Assembly (NCBI RefSeq): GCF_963921235.1
Contig: NC_086097.1
Coordinates: 124,560,001 to 124,624,000 of the forward strand
DNA: 64,000 nt
DNA from: Mobula hypostoma
Lineage: Eukaryota
Reading direction: 5' to 3'
How positions within the stretch are numbered: position 1 is the first letter of the stretch; each line of letters opens with the position of its first letter. A program made the position numbers and the translations under genes. The notes beneath the pieces are model-generated. The model ran no database searches and was not told the origin of the DNA. It saw only the letters and a list, made by a program, of their open reading frames with translations. Shown one piece after another: positions 12,988-26,793 of this stretch.

Positions 12988-14080
12988 CAACACACATCAA
13001 AGTTGCTGGTGAACGCAGCAGGCCAGGCAGCATCTCTAGGAAGAGGTACAGTCGATGTTTTGGGCCAAGACCCTTCGTCAGGACTAACTGAAGGAAGAGT
13101 GAGTAAGGAATTTGAAAGTTGGAGGGGGAGGGGGAGATCCAAAATGATAGGAGAAGACAGGAGGGGGAGGAATGGAGCCAAGAGCTGGACAGGTGACTGG
13201 CAAAGGGGATATGAGAGGATCATGGGACAGGAGGCCCAGGGAGAAAGAAAAGGGGGAGGGGGGGAAAAAGTCCAGAGGATGGGCAAGGGGTATAGTGAGA
13301 GGGACAGAGGGAGAAAAAGGAGAGAGAGAAAAAGAATGTGTGTATATAAATAAATAACGGATGGGGTACGAGGGGGAGGTGGGGCATTAGCGGAAGTTAG
13401 AGCAGTCGATGTTCATGCCATCAGGTTGGAGGCTACCCAGATGGAATATAAGGTGTTGTTCCTCCAACCTGAGTGTGACTTCATCTTTACAGTAGAGGAG
13501 GCCGTGGATAGACATTTCAGAATGGGAATGGGATGTGGAATTAAAATGTATGGCCACTGGGAGATCCTGCTTTCTCTGGCGGACAGAGCGTAGGTGTTCA
13601 GCAAAACGATCTCCCAGTCTGCGTCGGGTCTCACCAATATATAGAAGGCCACATCAGGAGCACCCGACACAGTATATCACCCCAGCCAACGCACAGGTGA
13701 AGTGTCGCCTCACCTGGAAGGACTGTCTGGGGCCCTGAATGGTGGTAAGGGAGGAAGTGTAAGGGCACGTGTAGCACTTGTTCCGCTTACAAGGATAAGT
13801 GCCAGGAGGGAGATAGGTGGGGAGGGACGGGGGGGGGGGAGAACGAATGCACAAGGGAGTTGCGTAGGGAGCGATCCCTGTGGAAAGCGGGGAGAGGGGA
13901 GGAAAAGATGTGCTTGGTGGTGGGATCCCATTGGAGGTGGCGGAAGTTACGGAGAATAATATGTTGGACCCGGAGGCTGGTGGGGTGGTAGGTGAGAACA
14001 AGGGGAACCCTATTCCTAGTGGGGTGGCGGGAGGATGGAGTGAGAGCAGATGTGCGTGAAATGGGGGAGATGCGTTTGCG
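12988..14080 (-). mobile_element. Penelope-like element 3' part (GIY-YIG endonuclease), 14-bp TSD
   Basis: PCKRNKCYTC...FTCALAGVIYCVGCS*CGLLYIGETRRRLGDRFAEH...QPDGMN. TSD tacagtaataa(c/g)ag at 12974-12987 and 14081-14094; empty site in the duplicate at ~19750. Confidence 0.92.
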
Positions 14081-14180
14081 TACAGTAATAAGAGATGCTT
14101 TGTTTTCTCCCAGTTAAAATAACAGCCCTGTAATTAATCTCATGGGTGGCATGGCTTTTACTTAAAAGCATTTTACTTAT

Positions 14181-14270
14181 GTTGTGGCCTGACACTTTGG
14201 GCAGCCCATTGAGCGCTGGATCGAAGCACTGCAAGCTGCCTGTTGGGTAATTTGCAGCACGGTCCAGAGC
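14181..14270 (-). pseudogene. PABPC1: Exon 9, copy B (pseudo-exon)
   Basis: 90 nt (1-nt deletion versus copy C); donor mutated gtaagt to ataagt. Confidence 0.85.
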
Positions 14271-14481
14271 CTGTGAATAATTCAGTCGATAACGACCGTT
14301 AAAATTTTGTCATTACATCAAAAGCTCATTTATGTTTATTTCATAAAGAACTACAGCCACTTAATACAAAATCCACCTCCACTTTTGGTGTATAATAATT
14401 TACCTGCCGGATTGCTGCCATGAAGTACCCAGACGGTGGAGCTGGTTGATAAGGATTGATAACAGGATTTGGAACAGCTCA

Positions 14482-14676
<195 letters not shown>

Positions 14677-14963
14677 CTATATAAATAAAGGGAGATATTT
14701 CATTCTGATAAACAACCAGTTTCAATTATTACCTGAACAATACAAAGTTCAACAAACTTGACAATCTCGTGTTTGAAACTTATTGTTTACTTTAAAATGC
14801 CATTTATGTGATGTCCATTCAACAATAGGCCAAAAATTGTTAAGTTCTGATGCCTAAGCAACACATTCAGACAAGATTTTTGTGTTAAGATGCCAATTTA
14901 CCATTAATCTACTTCTACAATTCTGACAAAAAGTTACTTTTCCTCTGACATGGTAATGTATTA

Positions 14964-15077
<114 letters not shown>

Positions 15078-16544
15078 CTATAATTGAAAAATATCCAAAT
15101 TCAAACTTATATTAAACCATATTTAAACACAAATGTACTTTAAAAATCGTTAAACTGACATACTTCATACAGAAGCAACAGACAGAATTATGCAATCCCT
15201 TAATCAATTCAAAACTCAGTCATCTTTACATATCAACCATGAATGGAGATGGCAACTTAATGGGGAATAGATGATTTGTGAACATCTCCATTACTAGCAG
15301 CAGAGCTGAAACCTGATGATAAAAGCCAAGAAGATAAAATTGCATTTAATAGCATTGTTGATAAGGATACTCCAAGACGACCTTTGAAATGCAGAAACTG
15401 CATTAAACAGCCATTTCAAAACAGCAATTCCAATAATCATTGTAATAACCACGACACTGTCAATGATTTTGTCTGAGAAGACAATTGTAATGCTAAGGTA
15501 ACTGCTCTCTTCATGAAAATAGCACACAGAATCTTATTACATCAACCATAAAGTGAAAATGGGGCTTCCAAAACATGGCCTCTCTTCACTAGTCTTCCAA
15601 TGTTCATCAGAAACTCCGTTCATTTTTTGGTGATCAGCTCTGAAGTGTTCAGAACCACCTGCCAGAGACATTGAGAAGATAATCCATCTAGTCTTCTCCG
15701 GAGTACTCTGCGTCAAATGCCACTCTTCTACCACTATTCACTCCAGGACTTGTTAAGGAGCCAAACACATCCCAGATAAACCACTGAAGACCAACGCTCT
15801 GCAGAATGAGTAATCCTCAATCCCACAGTTCCAAAACAACTAACTCCTGTGTGACTGTAAGGAAAAAGTTAAATGTCTCCTTGGTAAATGCTAAAATAAA
15901 ATGGAAGTCTGTAAGAGAAAATGGTGTTGGCTTGGAGTGGGATTGGGATTGCCCACAGCAATGTTTGAGAAAGTTAAGAGAGTACAAGTCTATGGCCATA
16001 ATAGTGGAAGATGGTGAAAAGTGTATTTTTCCCATAGAAAGGCAAGGGTCATTGTACAGAGGCAGGTACCAAATGCATGGAGAAGTATCAGTGTAAGTGG
16101 TTTTGAAGGGTATAAAAAGGGGTACCTTCTTGGTGCGAAGAGAGAGTTTTGTCCTAGATCACGGCTGACCATGAGTGCTGAGATAGGGAATGGTACATCA
16201 AGCGAGTCGGAGTACGTAGAATTGGAGTTAGACTGAGATTTTTGAGATAGAGAGAAAGGGAGGGAGAGAGGGGAGTCTGTGTGGAAATATTCCACAGATC
16301 AGCTCATTCCGAGGATGATAAGTATTATTTTGATTTCTATATTGCTACTATTTACTGCCGTAGAGATTTATTTTTACTTTTGTTTTGCATTTGTGCTAGT
16401 TCTAATAAATTGTGAATATGTGCGTCACCTCCTTTGTTTGCAAATCCATGCACGTATACCCCGAGCTGAACCAGAAGAGAACACGTAACAAATCTCAAAA
16501 TAATTTTCATTTACAAATCCACACTATGAGCAGGATTCAGCATA

Positions 16545-19500
16545 ATGGGTGCAATGTTTTGCAACCAACAGGATGAGTCTGGGGATGAGACTGAGATTAA
16601 GGTACTGGTGTCGAGGGACAACACCCATGGATTTGTTGCAGTGGCCAGTGTGTTGTTGGAGGGTTACCCACCCATATGTTGGGGAGCTGAGATGAAGAGC
16701 AGTAGAGGTGACATCCTGGCTTGGCAGCCACTCTGTTAGGTAAGGTAGGGTTTCCCAAACGAGAAGCGAGCAAGGGAATGGCCTGTTAGATTTTGCTGTA
16801 CGCTTTGAAAATTAAACTAGATGTATATTGGGCAGCAGAGCAAAGGTTGTTTGCGACCTATGACAGGATTGGAATCGTGGAGCAGCTGAGTCTGATTCAG
16901 CTTGGTCAGCCTGTGGACGAGCTGACAGGGCCGAAACCCAGCAAGCCACCCAAGCATGTAAGTCCCTTCGAGCGTGGCAGGAGCATTGGGCGAGGCGGAG
17001 TGGTCAGCAGGGGATCCTACCAAAATGAGACCATTACTGGCTAGATTAGATTAGTTTAGATTAGATTATGAGGACACCCAGTCCTCTTTTATTGTCATTT
17101 ATTAATGTATGCATGAAGAAATGATACAATGTTCCTCCAGAATATCACAGAAACACAAGACAAATCAAGACTAAAAAAACTGACAAAAACCACGTAATTT
17201 GATAAAGAACAGACCATGGGCACAGTAAAAAAAACTCTCAGTCTCTCAAAAGTCCCATCTTCTCACGCAGACGGTAGAAGGGAGAAACTCGCCCTGCCAT
17301 GAGCTTCCAGCGCCACAAACTTGCTGATGCAGTACCCTGGAAGCACCCAACCACAGCCGACTCGAGTCCGTCCGAAAACTTCAAGCCTCTGACCAGCCCT
17401 CCGACACTGAGCACCATCTCTGCCAAGCGTTTTGACCCCAACCCCGTCAACAAACAATAGGCGAAGCCAAGGATTGCAGGCCTTCCCCTCCGGAGATTCT
17501 CGATCGCACAGTAGCAGCAGCAGTGAAGCAGGCATTTCAGAAGTTTCTCCAGATGCTCCTCTGTGCTTCTCACATCTGTCTCCATCAAATCAGGATTGTG
17601 CACGGTCCCTACTTAAACATGTGTTATCATGGTCTGATAGCATAAGACCTCGATTCATTACTCTTTTGTCTGAGATACGGGTAGTCCACTATATCGATGA
17701 TATTGTGGTTAGAGGATCCACCGGCGGTACAGCTGAAGTCCTGGATGTGCTGGTAAGCCACATGAGGAACTGAGGATGGGTAGTGAATCAGCACAAAATA
17801 CAGGGGCCGAACCAGATAGTCCAGCTTCTGGGCGTCCAGTGGGTCTCAGGACATCAAGCAATCCTATAAAGTACAGAACAAGATAACTAAACTGGCTGCT
17901 CCCACAAATAAGCAAGACACCCAAGGATACGTGGGGCTATTGGGCTACCTACAGGAGATGGCACATACCACGCCCAGCTGACCTGTTACGACCCTTATAT
18001 ATAAAAAAAATACAGAAAGAAAACAATGAATGGGGTCCAGAGCAACAATAGGCATTTGAGGCTGCTAAGGAAACAGTGGCTCAGCCCCCTCATTTATCCG
18101 GTTTGCCCTGTGAGCTGCCAGTAACCGTACATCAGAATACCACTGTATGGAGCTTATGGCAAAGACAGAATGGGGTGAACATTCCCCAAGGGTTTTGGTC
18201 CTGCACCCTTTGAAAGAGAGCTGCTAGCCTGCTACTGGGCCTTGCTGGAGACTGAGGCCTTGACTAAGGGAAGGGAGGAAATCATGAGATGGACCTCCCC
18301 ACTGTGATGTGGGTGGGGGGAGGGTGCAGCAAGCTTCTATTGTGAAATGGAAGTGGTACGTCGCAGAATGGGCAAAGAAGGGCTCAGAGGGGATCAGCAA
18401 ATTACCCGAAAGTGTAGCCCACGTGCTGGTGAAATGGTACCGAACATACTGACCTGCTCCCCTCTCCTGTTAGGTGGGGGCGAGCCCTATGGACAGTTTT
18501 CTGAAGCCTGGGTTACTGGAAAGCTGGCACCCAGAGATGGGAATCTGCCACGCTAAACAGTCACGGGTGCTGCAGGGAAAGGGTGGTTCCAGCCAGCTAG
18601 CAGACCTGGTAGCAGTCACCTTAGCATTGCAGCTGTGCATGTAACCAGATGGATGGGCAGCTGTGAATGGATTGACGGTGTGAGTGGCAGAAACAGGGAA
18701 AGCCCCTGTCAGGACAGGGGGGACAGGCGCTTTGGGAAAAGATCTAGGAAGCGGCCCAATGAATGAAAATCACTGTTTTCCATGCAGATGCTCACCAGAA
18801 AGACGCCTCTCTATCCACCACCTTTAATAATAAAGTGGACCAGTTGATCCGGGGGACATCAGGTCAACACTCCTGAGTTCCGAGCAATGGGACAATCGGC
18901 ATGTGACATGGCTGGTCACTTGGGAGTGCAAGGCACAAAGGAACGGGCTACACAACGAGGGATATGACTACAGCAGACATCACGAAAATAGTTCTTACCA
19001 CACGTGATATTTGTCAGCAAGTTCTAAGAAAAGAACTCCCTGAGAAGCCGACTGCCCACATTAAAAGGGAGGCAGGTCCAGCCCAGGTACGGCAGACTGA
19101 CTTACAGCGGACCCCTGCCCCAGCAACGATTTAAATATTTGTTTCCCATGGTTGACAACTATTCAGGTTTTTAACGGTAATCCCTTGCACAAGAGCTGAC
19201 CAGGATCACACACTGAAGGGATTGTACAAGTTAATCGACTGTTCTGGGGACCCTCAAGGAATAGAGTTAGATAATGGGTCAAACTTCTCGGGACAAGCCA
19301 AGAAAGACTGGGCTGCCAGTAGGGACACTCATGAGGTACACCAAATACCCTATTATCCTCAAGTATCAGAGCTAATTGAAAGAATGAACGGACTTTTAAA
19401 TCAACGGACTCATTTATTGACACCAACTTACATCTTGTGGGGGTGGCTGTCTGTACTATCCCATGCCTTGTACAATCTAAACAACAGACCTTTACCCCAG

Positions 19501-19740
19501 ATATCACCGATGAGCAGGACGATCGGGTGTACCCCAGAACGGGAGAGGGAACCAGGCATTGAAGAAAGGACTCCCACAGTGGGAGGAAATGTATGGGTGC
19601 ACATTCCACACTCTCTGGTTCGCAAGGGGGAGATTGTAGCAAATGGAGATGGTAACACTTACTGGGTATCAATACAGGGAAAGACCATCTGGTGTATTCG
19701 AACAAGGAGAAATCGACCAAATAAGAATGATTAACATTTT
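16545..19740 (+). mobile_element. Second copy of ERV-L-like fragment: gag start, then RT/RNaseH/integrase
   Basis: VVHYIDDIVVRG at ~17681; LWQ...PQGFWS; ACYWALLETEALT; QASIVKWKWY; integrase as in the first copy. Confidence 0.8.
17044..17612 (-). mobile_element. Non-LTR retroelement 3' piece with (TCTAA)n tail inserted in the ERV-L copy
   Basis: (agatt)n run with nearby tttatt; absent from the first spacer copy. Confidence 0.55.
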
Positions 19741-19846
19741 TGAAGGACTAATAATAACAGATGCTTTGTTTTCTCCCAGGTGAAATAACAGCCCTGTAAT
19801 TAATCTTATGGATGATATGGACTTTACTTAAAAGCATTCTACTTAC

Positions 19847-19936
19847 GTTGTGGTCTGACACTTTGGGCAGCCCATCGAGCGCTGGGTCGAAGCTGTGCAA
19901 GCTGTCTGTTGGGTAATTTGCAGCACGGTTCTGAGC
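19847..19936 (-). CDS. PABPC1: Exon 9, copy A, frameshifted but symmetric: AQNRAANYPTDSLHSFDPALDGLPKVSDHN (possible optional exon)
   Basis: 90 nt, ag/gtaagt intact, no stop in the shifted frame. Confidence 0.6.
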
Positions 19937-19948
19937 CTGTGAATAATT

Positions 19949-21067
19949 ATATATAACCATATAACAATTACAGCACGGAAACAGGCCATCTTGGCTCTTC
20001 TAGTCCATGCCGAACACTTACTCTCACCTAGTCCCACCAGGTAACATTCTAGTAAATCTTCTCTGTACTCTCTCTATTTTGTTGACATCTTTCCTATAAT
20101 TCGGTGACCAAAACTGTACACAATACTCCAAATTTGGCCTCACCAATGCCTTGTACAATTTCAACATTACATCCCAATTCCTATACTCAATGCTCTGATT
20201 TATAAAGGCCAGCATACCAAAAGCTTTCTTCACCACCCTATCCACATGAGATTTCACCTTCAGGGAACTATGCACCATTATTCCTAGATCCCTCTGTTCT
20301 ACTGCATTCTTCAATGCCCTACCATTTGCCATGTATGTCCTATTTTGATAAGTCCTACCAAAATGAAACACCTCACATTTACCAGAATTAAACTCCATCT
20401 GCCATCTTTCAGCCCACTCTTCTAACCGGCCTAAATCTTTCTGCAAGCTTTGAAAACCTACTTCATTATCCACAACTCCACCTATCTTAGTATCATCTGC
20501 ATACTTACTCACTCAATTTACCAGCCCATCATCCAGATCATTAATATATATGACAAACAACATTGGACCCAGTACAGATCCCTGAGGCACATCACTAGAC
20601 ACCGGCCTCCAATCTGACAAACAGTTATCCACCACCACCCTCTGGCGTCTCCCATCCAGCCACTGCTGAATCCATTTTACTACTTCAATATTAATACCTA
20701 ACCAACCTTCCCTATGGGACCTTGTCAAAGGCCTTACTGAAGTCCATATAGACAGCATCCATCGCTTTACCCTCATCAACTTTCCTCGTAACCTCTTCAA
20801 AAAATTCAATACGATTTGTCAAACGTGACCTTCCACGCACAAATCCATGTTGACTGTTCCTAATCAGACCGTCTATCCAGATAATTATATATACCATCCC
20901 TAAGAATACTTTCCATCAATTTACCCACCACTGACGTCAAACTCACAGGCCGATAATTGCTAGGTTTACTCTCAGAACCCTTTTTAAACAATGGAACAAC
21001 ATGAGCAATCCTCTGGCACCATGCCCGTTTCTAATGACTTTTGAAATATTTCTGTCAGAGCCCCTGA
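19949..21067 (-). mobile_element. CR1 LINE (RT region, internally deleted) in intron 8 of copy A
   Basis: [42 protein letters not shown]; uninterrupted site gaataatt|cagtcgat in copy B. Confidence 0.95.
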
Positions 21068-21266
21068 CAGTCGATAACGACCGTTAAAATATTGTGATTA
21101 TGTCAAAAGCTCATTTATGTTTATTTCATAAAGAACTACAGCCACTTAATACAAAATCCACCTCCACTTTTGGTGTATAATAATTTACCTGCCGGATTGC
21201 TGCCATGAAGTACCCAGACGGTGGAGCTGGTTGATAAGGATTGATAACAGGATTTGGAACAGCTCA

Positions 21267-21461
<195 letters not shown>

Positions 21462-21749
21462 CTATATAGATAAAAGGGAGACATTTCATTCTGATAAACA
21501 ACCAGTTTCAATTATTACCTGAACAATACAAAATTCAACAAACTTGACATGCTCGTGTTTGAAACTTATTGTTTTCTTTAAAATGCCATTTATGTGATGT
21601 CCATTCAACAATAGGCCAAAAATTGTTAAGTTCTGATGCTTAAGCAAAACATTCAGACAAGATTTTTGTGTTAAGATGCCAATTTACCATTAATCTACTT
21701 CTACAATTCTGACAAAAAGTTATTCTTCCTCTGACATGGTAATGTATTA

Positions 21750-21863
<114 letters not shown>

Positions 21864-24117
21864 CTATAATCGAAAAATATCCAAATTTAATCTTATATTA
21901 AACCATATTTAAACACAAATGTACTTTAAAAATCATTAAACTGACATACTTTGTACAGAAGCAACAGACAGAATTATGCAATCCCTTAATTAAATCAAAC
22001 CTCAGTCATCCTTACATATTATCCATGAACAGAGATGGCAACTTAATGATGATTTGTGAACATCTCCACTACTAGTAACAGAATAAAATCAGCACCAGCC
22101 ATTTCAATCAGCTAACTTCAAGTATTAACTAACTGGTAACAACTTGCTCACTGATGCTTAGCCCACTTTACTTCCAACCTTTTCCAAACAATCAAGCAGC
22201 ACCAGAAAAATGTTAGTATTGGGAAGCAGTGAGCATTGAGGTGGGGGCTAGGGGGAGTGTCAAGAGGAGCAACCATTCAAAACATTCAAGTAGACAAAAT
22301 GAAATCGCTCAAGGGAATGTGCTAGACCCCAAACACCATTCACCGCTTCAAAATCAGAAATGGAAATGGTCATTGCTGAATGCAGTGTTCACTATCAGTC
22401 ATCAACATAGAGCTCTTCAGCACAGAAACATGCCCTTCAGCCAATCTAGACCATGCTGAACTGATATTCTACCTAGTCCCAATACCCACACCTGGATCAC
22501 AGCCCTCCCTACCACTCCTATCCATGTACTTATCCAAACTTCTCAAATGTTACAACCAAACCCACATTCACCATTTCCACTGGCAGCTCATTCAACATTC
22601 GCACCACCGAGTGAAGAAATTTCCTCTCCGATTCCCCTCAAGTATTTCACATTCCACCCTTAATCTATGACCTCCAGTTCTAGTCTCATCCAACCTCTGT
22701 CCCTCATAACTAAGCTGTGGCTGAATACAGTAGGGTTGCTTATTAAGTGCCAAGAACTTTTCCCTCAGACGAATTTCAGACAATGGTGACCACTGTTGTA
22801 TAACCAACTTTTGACGTGCAATGGCATCACAAACAAATACGTCACCAACAGAGCAGGCCAGTAACCACTAAGTTCTCTGGATCAGCCACTTGTCAAATTG
22901 TTTATACTGCAGCAGGTGGCTCACCACCAAACACCCCAAATCCCCTCCAAGGTGCTGAACAGGGCACCAAAACAACCAGCAAGGTGTCATGTACAAAAAA
23001 CCTATTTGATTGCCACCTCAATTAATGGTCAAGTACTGTGGTAGTTTGCCATGACTCACCACAGAACATCATCCAACATGTGGAAGACCATGAGCAATAT
23101 TTGGACAGGAACATCACAAAATTGCGCTTGCTGACTTGCATGTCCATCATTTCTTCATTGCCAAATCAAAATCCTTGTCAATCTCAAGTAGGTTTCTAAA
23201 ACATCACTTTCATTAACAGATTTGGCAAAGCAGGACAGCCCACTGCGTTCCACATGTACACTTACATCTTTCAAGATGTATTTCTAGGATATTCCCAAGA
23301 TCCATAATTGTCCAACCTTAATGGCCTTAAGATAGTGAGCTTACCTTGAAGCATTGTGCAGGTACTCCCAACGTCTCAAGACAGGTAAATACCTTCTGAA
23401 GGGGCACTTTTTTTTGGCCACAATGTGAACAAAATCTATTGGGTGTTACTGTACACACAGAACCCCAGTGGGCTCTTCTGCAATGCCAAATGTAATAACA
23501 AACACTAAAAATCAACAATTACAAAAAGTTACATTTATCAACACATTGATAGTCAAAAAAAGTGTGATCATCTATAACCAAACTAATTACATTCTCAAAT
23601 ACGAGGAAGTCTGCAGATGCTGGAAATTCAAGCAACACACACAAAATGCTGGTGGAACACAGCAGGCCAGTCAGCATCTATAGGAAGAAGAACAGTCGAT
23701 GTTTTGGGCCGAGACCCTTCGTCAGGACTAACTGAAGTCTATGTGAAACGTTACATGTTTCTCGCCACAAATACTTCTAAGCTTGCTGAGTATTTTCACT
23801 TTTAATATTTCATTCCGACTCAAATTGATAAGATTCCTGAGCATACAAAAATACTGAAAGGACTCAGCAGGTCAGGCAGCATCTATGGAGGGGAATAGAC
23901 AGTCGATAGTTTGGGCTGAGAACCTTCATCGCCATGTGAGTCTTGATAAAGGATCTCAAAGATGAAACATCCTTGGACACTGCCTGACCTGCTGAGTTCC
24001 TCTAGCATTCTGTATGTGTTGGTCCGGAATTCCGGCATCTGCAGAATCTCTTATGTTTAGATAAGCTTCTTCTTGCTTTAGGTCAATGACTGAAACACCA
24101 ACAGTTTTGCTATTTAC

Positions 24118-24235
24118 CTGGTGGTTTGTGATTTGGTCCTGTTTCATCTGTTCAAATTAGTGCTTTAGCTCTGTCTGTTGCTCGACCATTTCCTGGGCCC
24201 GGTGCCAAATGAATGACGTTGCAAAGCATAATCAC
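24118..24235 (-). CDS. PABPC1: Remnant of exon 6 (RRM3-RRM4 linker); in-frame TAA at 24159-24157, candidate start ATG at 24147 (MKQDQITNHQ)
   Basis: RAQEMVEQQTELKH*FEQMKQDQITNHQ|gtaaat versus PABPC1 [28 protein letters not shown]. Candidate acceptor ttttctgttcacag at 24236. The first ~34 nt are not PABP-like. Confidence 0.8.
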
Positions 24236-25121
24236 CTGTGAACAGAAAACCAACCACACCTAATATGCACTCACTGACACAGAGGCAGAGTCATACAACC
24301 GTGAGTAACACACACAAAATGCTGGAGCAACTCAGCAGGTCGGGCAGCATCTATGAAGAACAATAAACAGTCGACGTTTCAGGCCGAGACTCATCAGCTC
24401 TGTTTATTCCTCTTCATACAAAATGCCCGACCTGCTGAGTCTCTTTGACATTTTGTGTGTGTTACTCTGCAGAATCTTGTGTTCATACAACATAGAATCA
24501 GTCCCGTCAGCACACTGTGTCCAAGCTGACCATCGTGCACTCACATCAATTACTTACTGAAACGACACTATTTACCAGCACTTGGTCCATGGCCTTCGTG
24601 CAGTATCCTCAAACCTACTCTAAACCTTTGACCCCCCCCATCCCCCCCCCCCAAGACCACTCACCCTAAAAGTATACCCTCTAGCTTTATAGATTTCTGC
24701 TACAGGAGAGACTCTCCTTGGTGTGAAGGCAGTACATGGTCACGTACACATACTTGATAATAATATTTACTTTCACTTTGACTCAGAGGGCTTGGTATTG
24801 GACACTGATTCAGAATACGATGAGAAGGAACTTTTTTCACTCAGAGGATATGAATCTTGGGCACTTCTTTCCACAGAAAGCTTGTGCATAGTTAAGGAAA
24901 TGGAGGATCACACAGAATATATATATAAATAAATTATCTATAGATGCTTCCTGACCTGCTGAGTTCCTCCAGTATTTTGTGGGTGTTACTCTGGATTTCC
25001 AACATCTCGTGTGTTTATGATTTAATATTCCATATGCCTTCTTCACCCCCTTATCTACTGTACCTGTGCTGCCACCTTCAGGAATCCATGGACTTGAGCA
25101 CCAATTTCCATCAGTCCCTAC

Positions 25122-26625
25122 TGTTGTGTATTTAATATTTTAGTTATATTTGAATAATCTTGTATATATACCTGTATATTGTTTAATTAAGCATTCTTGT
25201 TCATTTAAGTAATTAATTACAGGTTTTATATATATAAATACGTGAATTGCATACATCACCATGCTCCACGTGATACGTGCACGCCTCACTTCAAGTAAAC
25301 TCAAAGTTAAACCTGTATTCTTGGACTCCCTGTCTTCCTTTGAATCAAGTTAATGTTGTGAAGTTACAGTACATAACATTGGTGACGATGTATTTTTTTT
25401 AAAAAGAACCCAATATAGCTACCGACCTGCTAAAATGCAGCAAAGCATTCAAGCTAAAAAAAAACGAGCGAGGAATGGCAAGTATGCCACACTGCACGAG
25501 GAGACCGTCGAGTCTAAGCAAAAGGTAGCACACCAGATGTTCTTTGAAAGGGAAGACACGATGAGTTTAAAAAGATGTTATAAAACGGAAGAATTCACTG
25601 GTTCATAATGAATGTGTACTGGGTGATAATCATTTTTTTAAAAAATCTGAAATGGCTGGAAAAATTGGATTGGCTGTTGTAGACTGAGCTACTGGAATAG
25701 TATTTTGAAACAAATGAAATAACTAACAAGAAGTGAGTACCAATTTTGCTAGGTGCATTAGGTTTAAAGTCATACAGTTTGCCTCAAAGTTTGACCACTC
25801 CAACTAAATCATCACAAATAAGCTTTGCTACTATTGTAAAAGTAATGCATTAACACTTAGAACCAAAGCCATTTTTGACTGAAGAATGCTTTTTCTTTCA
25901 TAAGCAGAATCAAAAGGAAGGGGGGGGGGTCAATTTCAGCATATGTGGCTCAATTGAGAAATTGTCTGATTATTATCAGTTTGGTAATGGTCTTAATGCT
26001 ACACCAAGAGGTTGTTTAGTTTGTGGAATTTTAAAACATTCAAAAACAGCTTCTAACTGGAGTGCAACTTCAGTTCAAAACAGCAGCGGAAATCGCTGTT
26101 TCAATGGAAACCTCAGACAGAAATGCAATTGAGTTGCAGTCAGGAATGACAACCAGTGAGAATAAAATTGCAGTGTCTAAACAGAAACCGGACAGGCCAA
26201 ACAGATTGTGTTACTGATGTGGCAGGGGCTCACATACACCAAATAAATGCAGATTTTAGGGTAAAACTTGCAGAAAATGCAACAAAGTAGGACACATACA
26301 AAGAGTATACTGGGCAGACAAAAAGAAATGGACTGCACAGGGAGGAGAAAATGCTAAAAAGTCAAATTGCAGTTTCAGAAAGAGCACTAATCTGATCTGC
26401 ATGCTGTTGGTGAAAAATCTAATAATGTTGAGAGTGACACAGGATTGTGTAGCCTTGAGATTTACAGTGTGAAAATTAACAATAGCCAAGCAATACGGCA
26501 AATTAGAAGTGAATTAGAATAATTCACAATAGAAGCGAACGGCAAATTAATTAAAATAGAATCGGAAACTGGCTTAGCTGTTTCAGTCATTCCACAAAAT
26601 GAGTTTAAATGATATTTCAAATATA
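25122..26625 (+). mobile_element. Mag-type Gypsy LTR element, 5' part (LTR 25122-25378, PBS, gag with CCHC knuckles, protease start)
   Basis: TGTT...AACA LTR followed by ttggtgacga; decayed HLEPKP..EECFFFHKQNQKEG; CRKCNKVGH; protease-like ETGLAVSVIP. Confidence 0.85.
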
Positions 26626-26793
26626 CAGGTTGGCCACTGATTTTCCAGTACCCTCAGTTCCTGAGCCTTGCCGGATTAACATTTTTGCCAGATTAAAAGT
26701 GGTCACGCAATAATAAAGGCAAAAATGGAATGTAAAAGGTTAAAAAGGATTATTATTCAAACAAAAATTAAATGTAAGTTTATTAATTACTTA

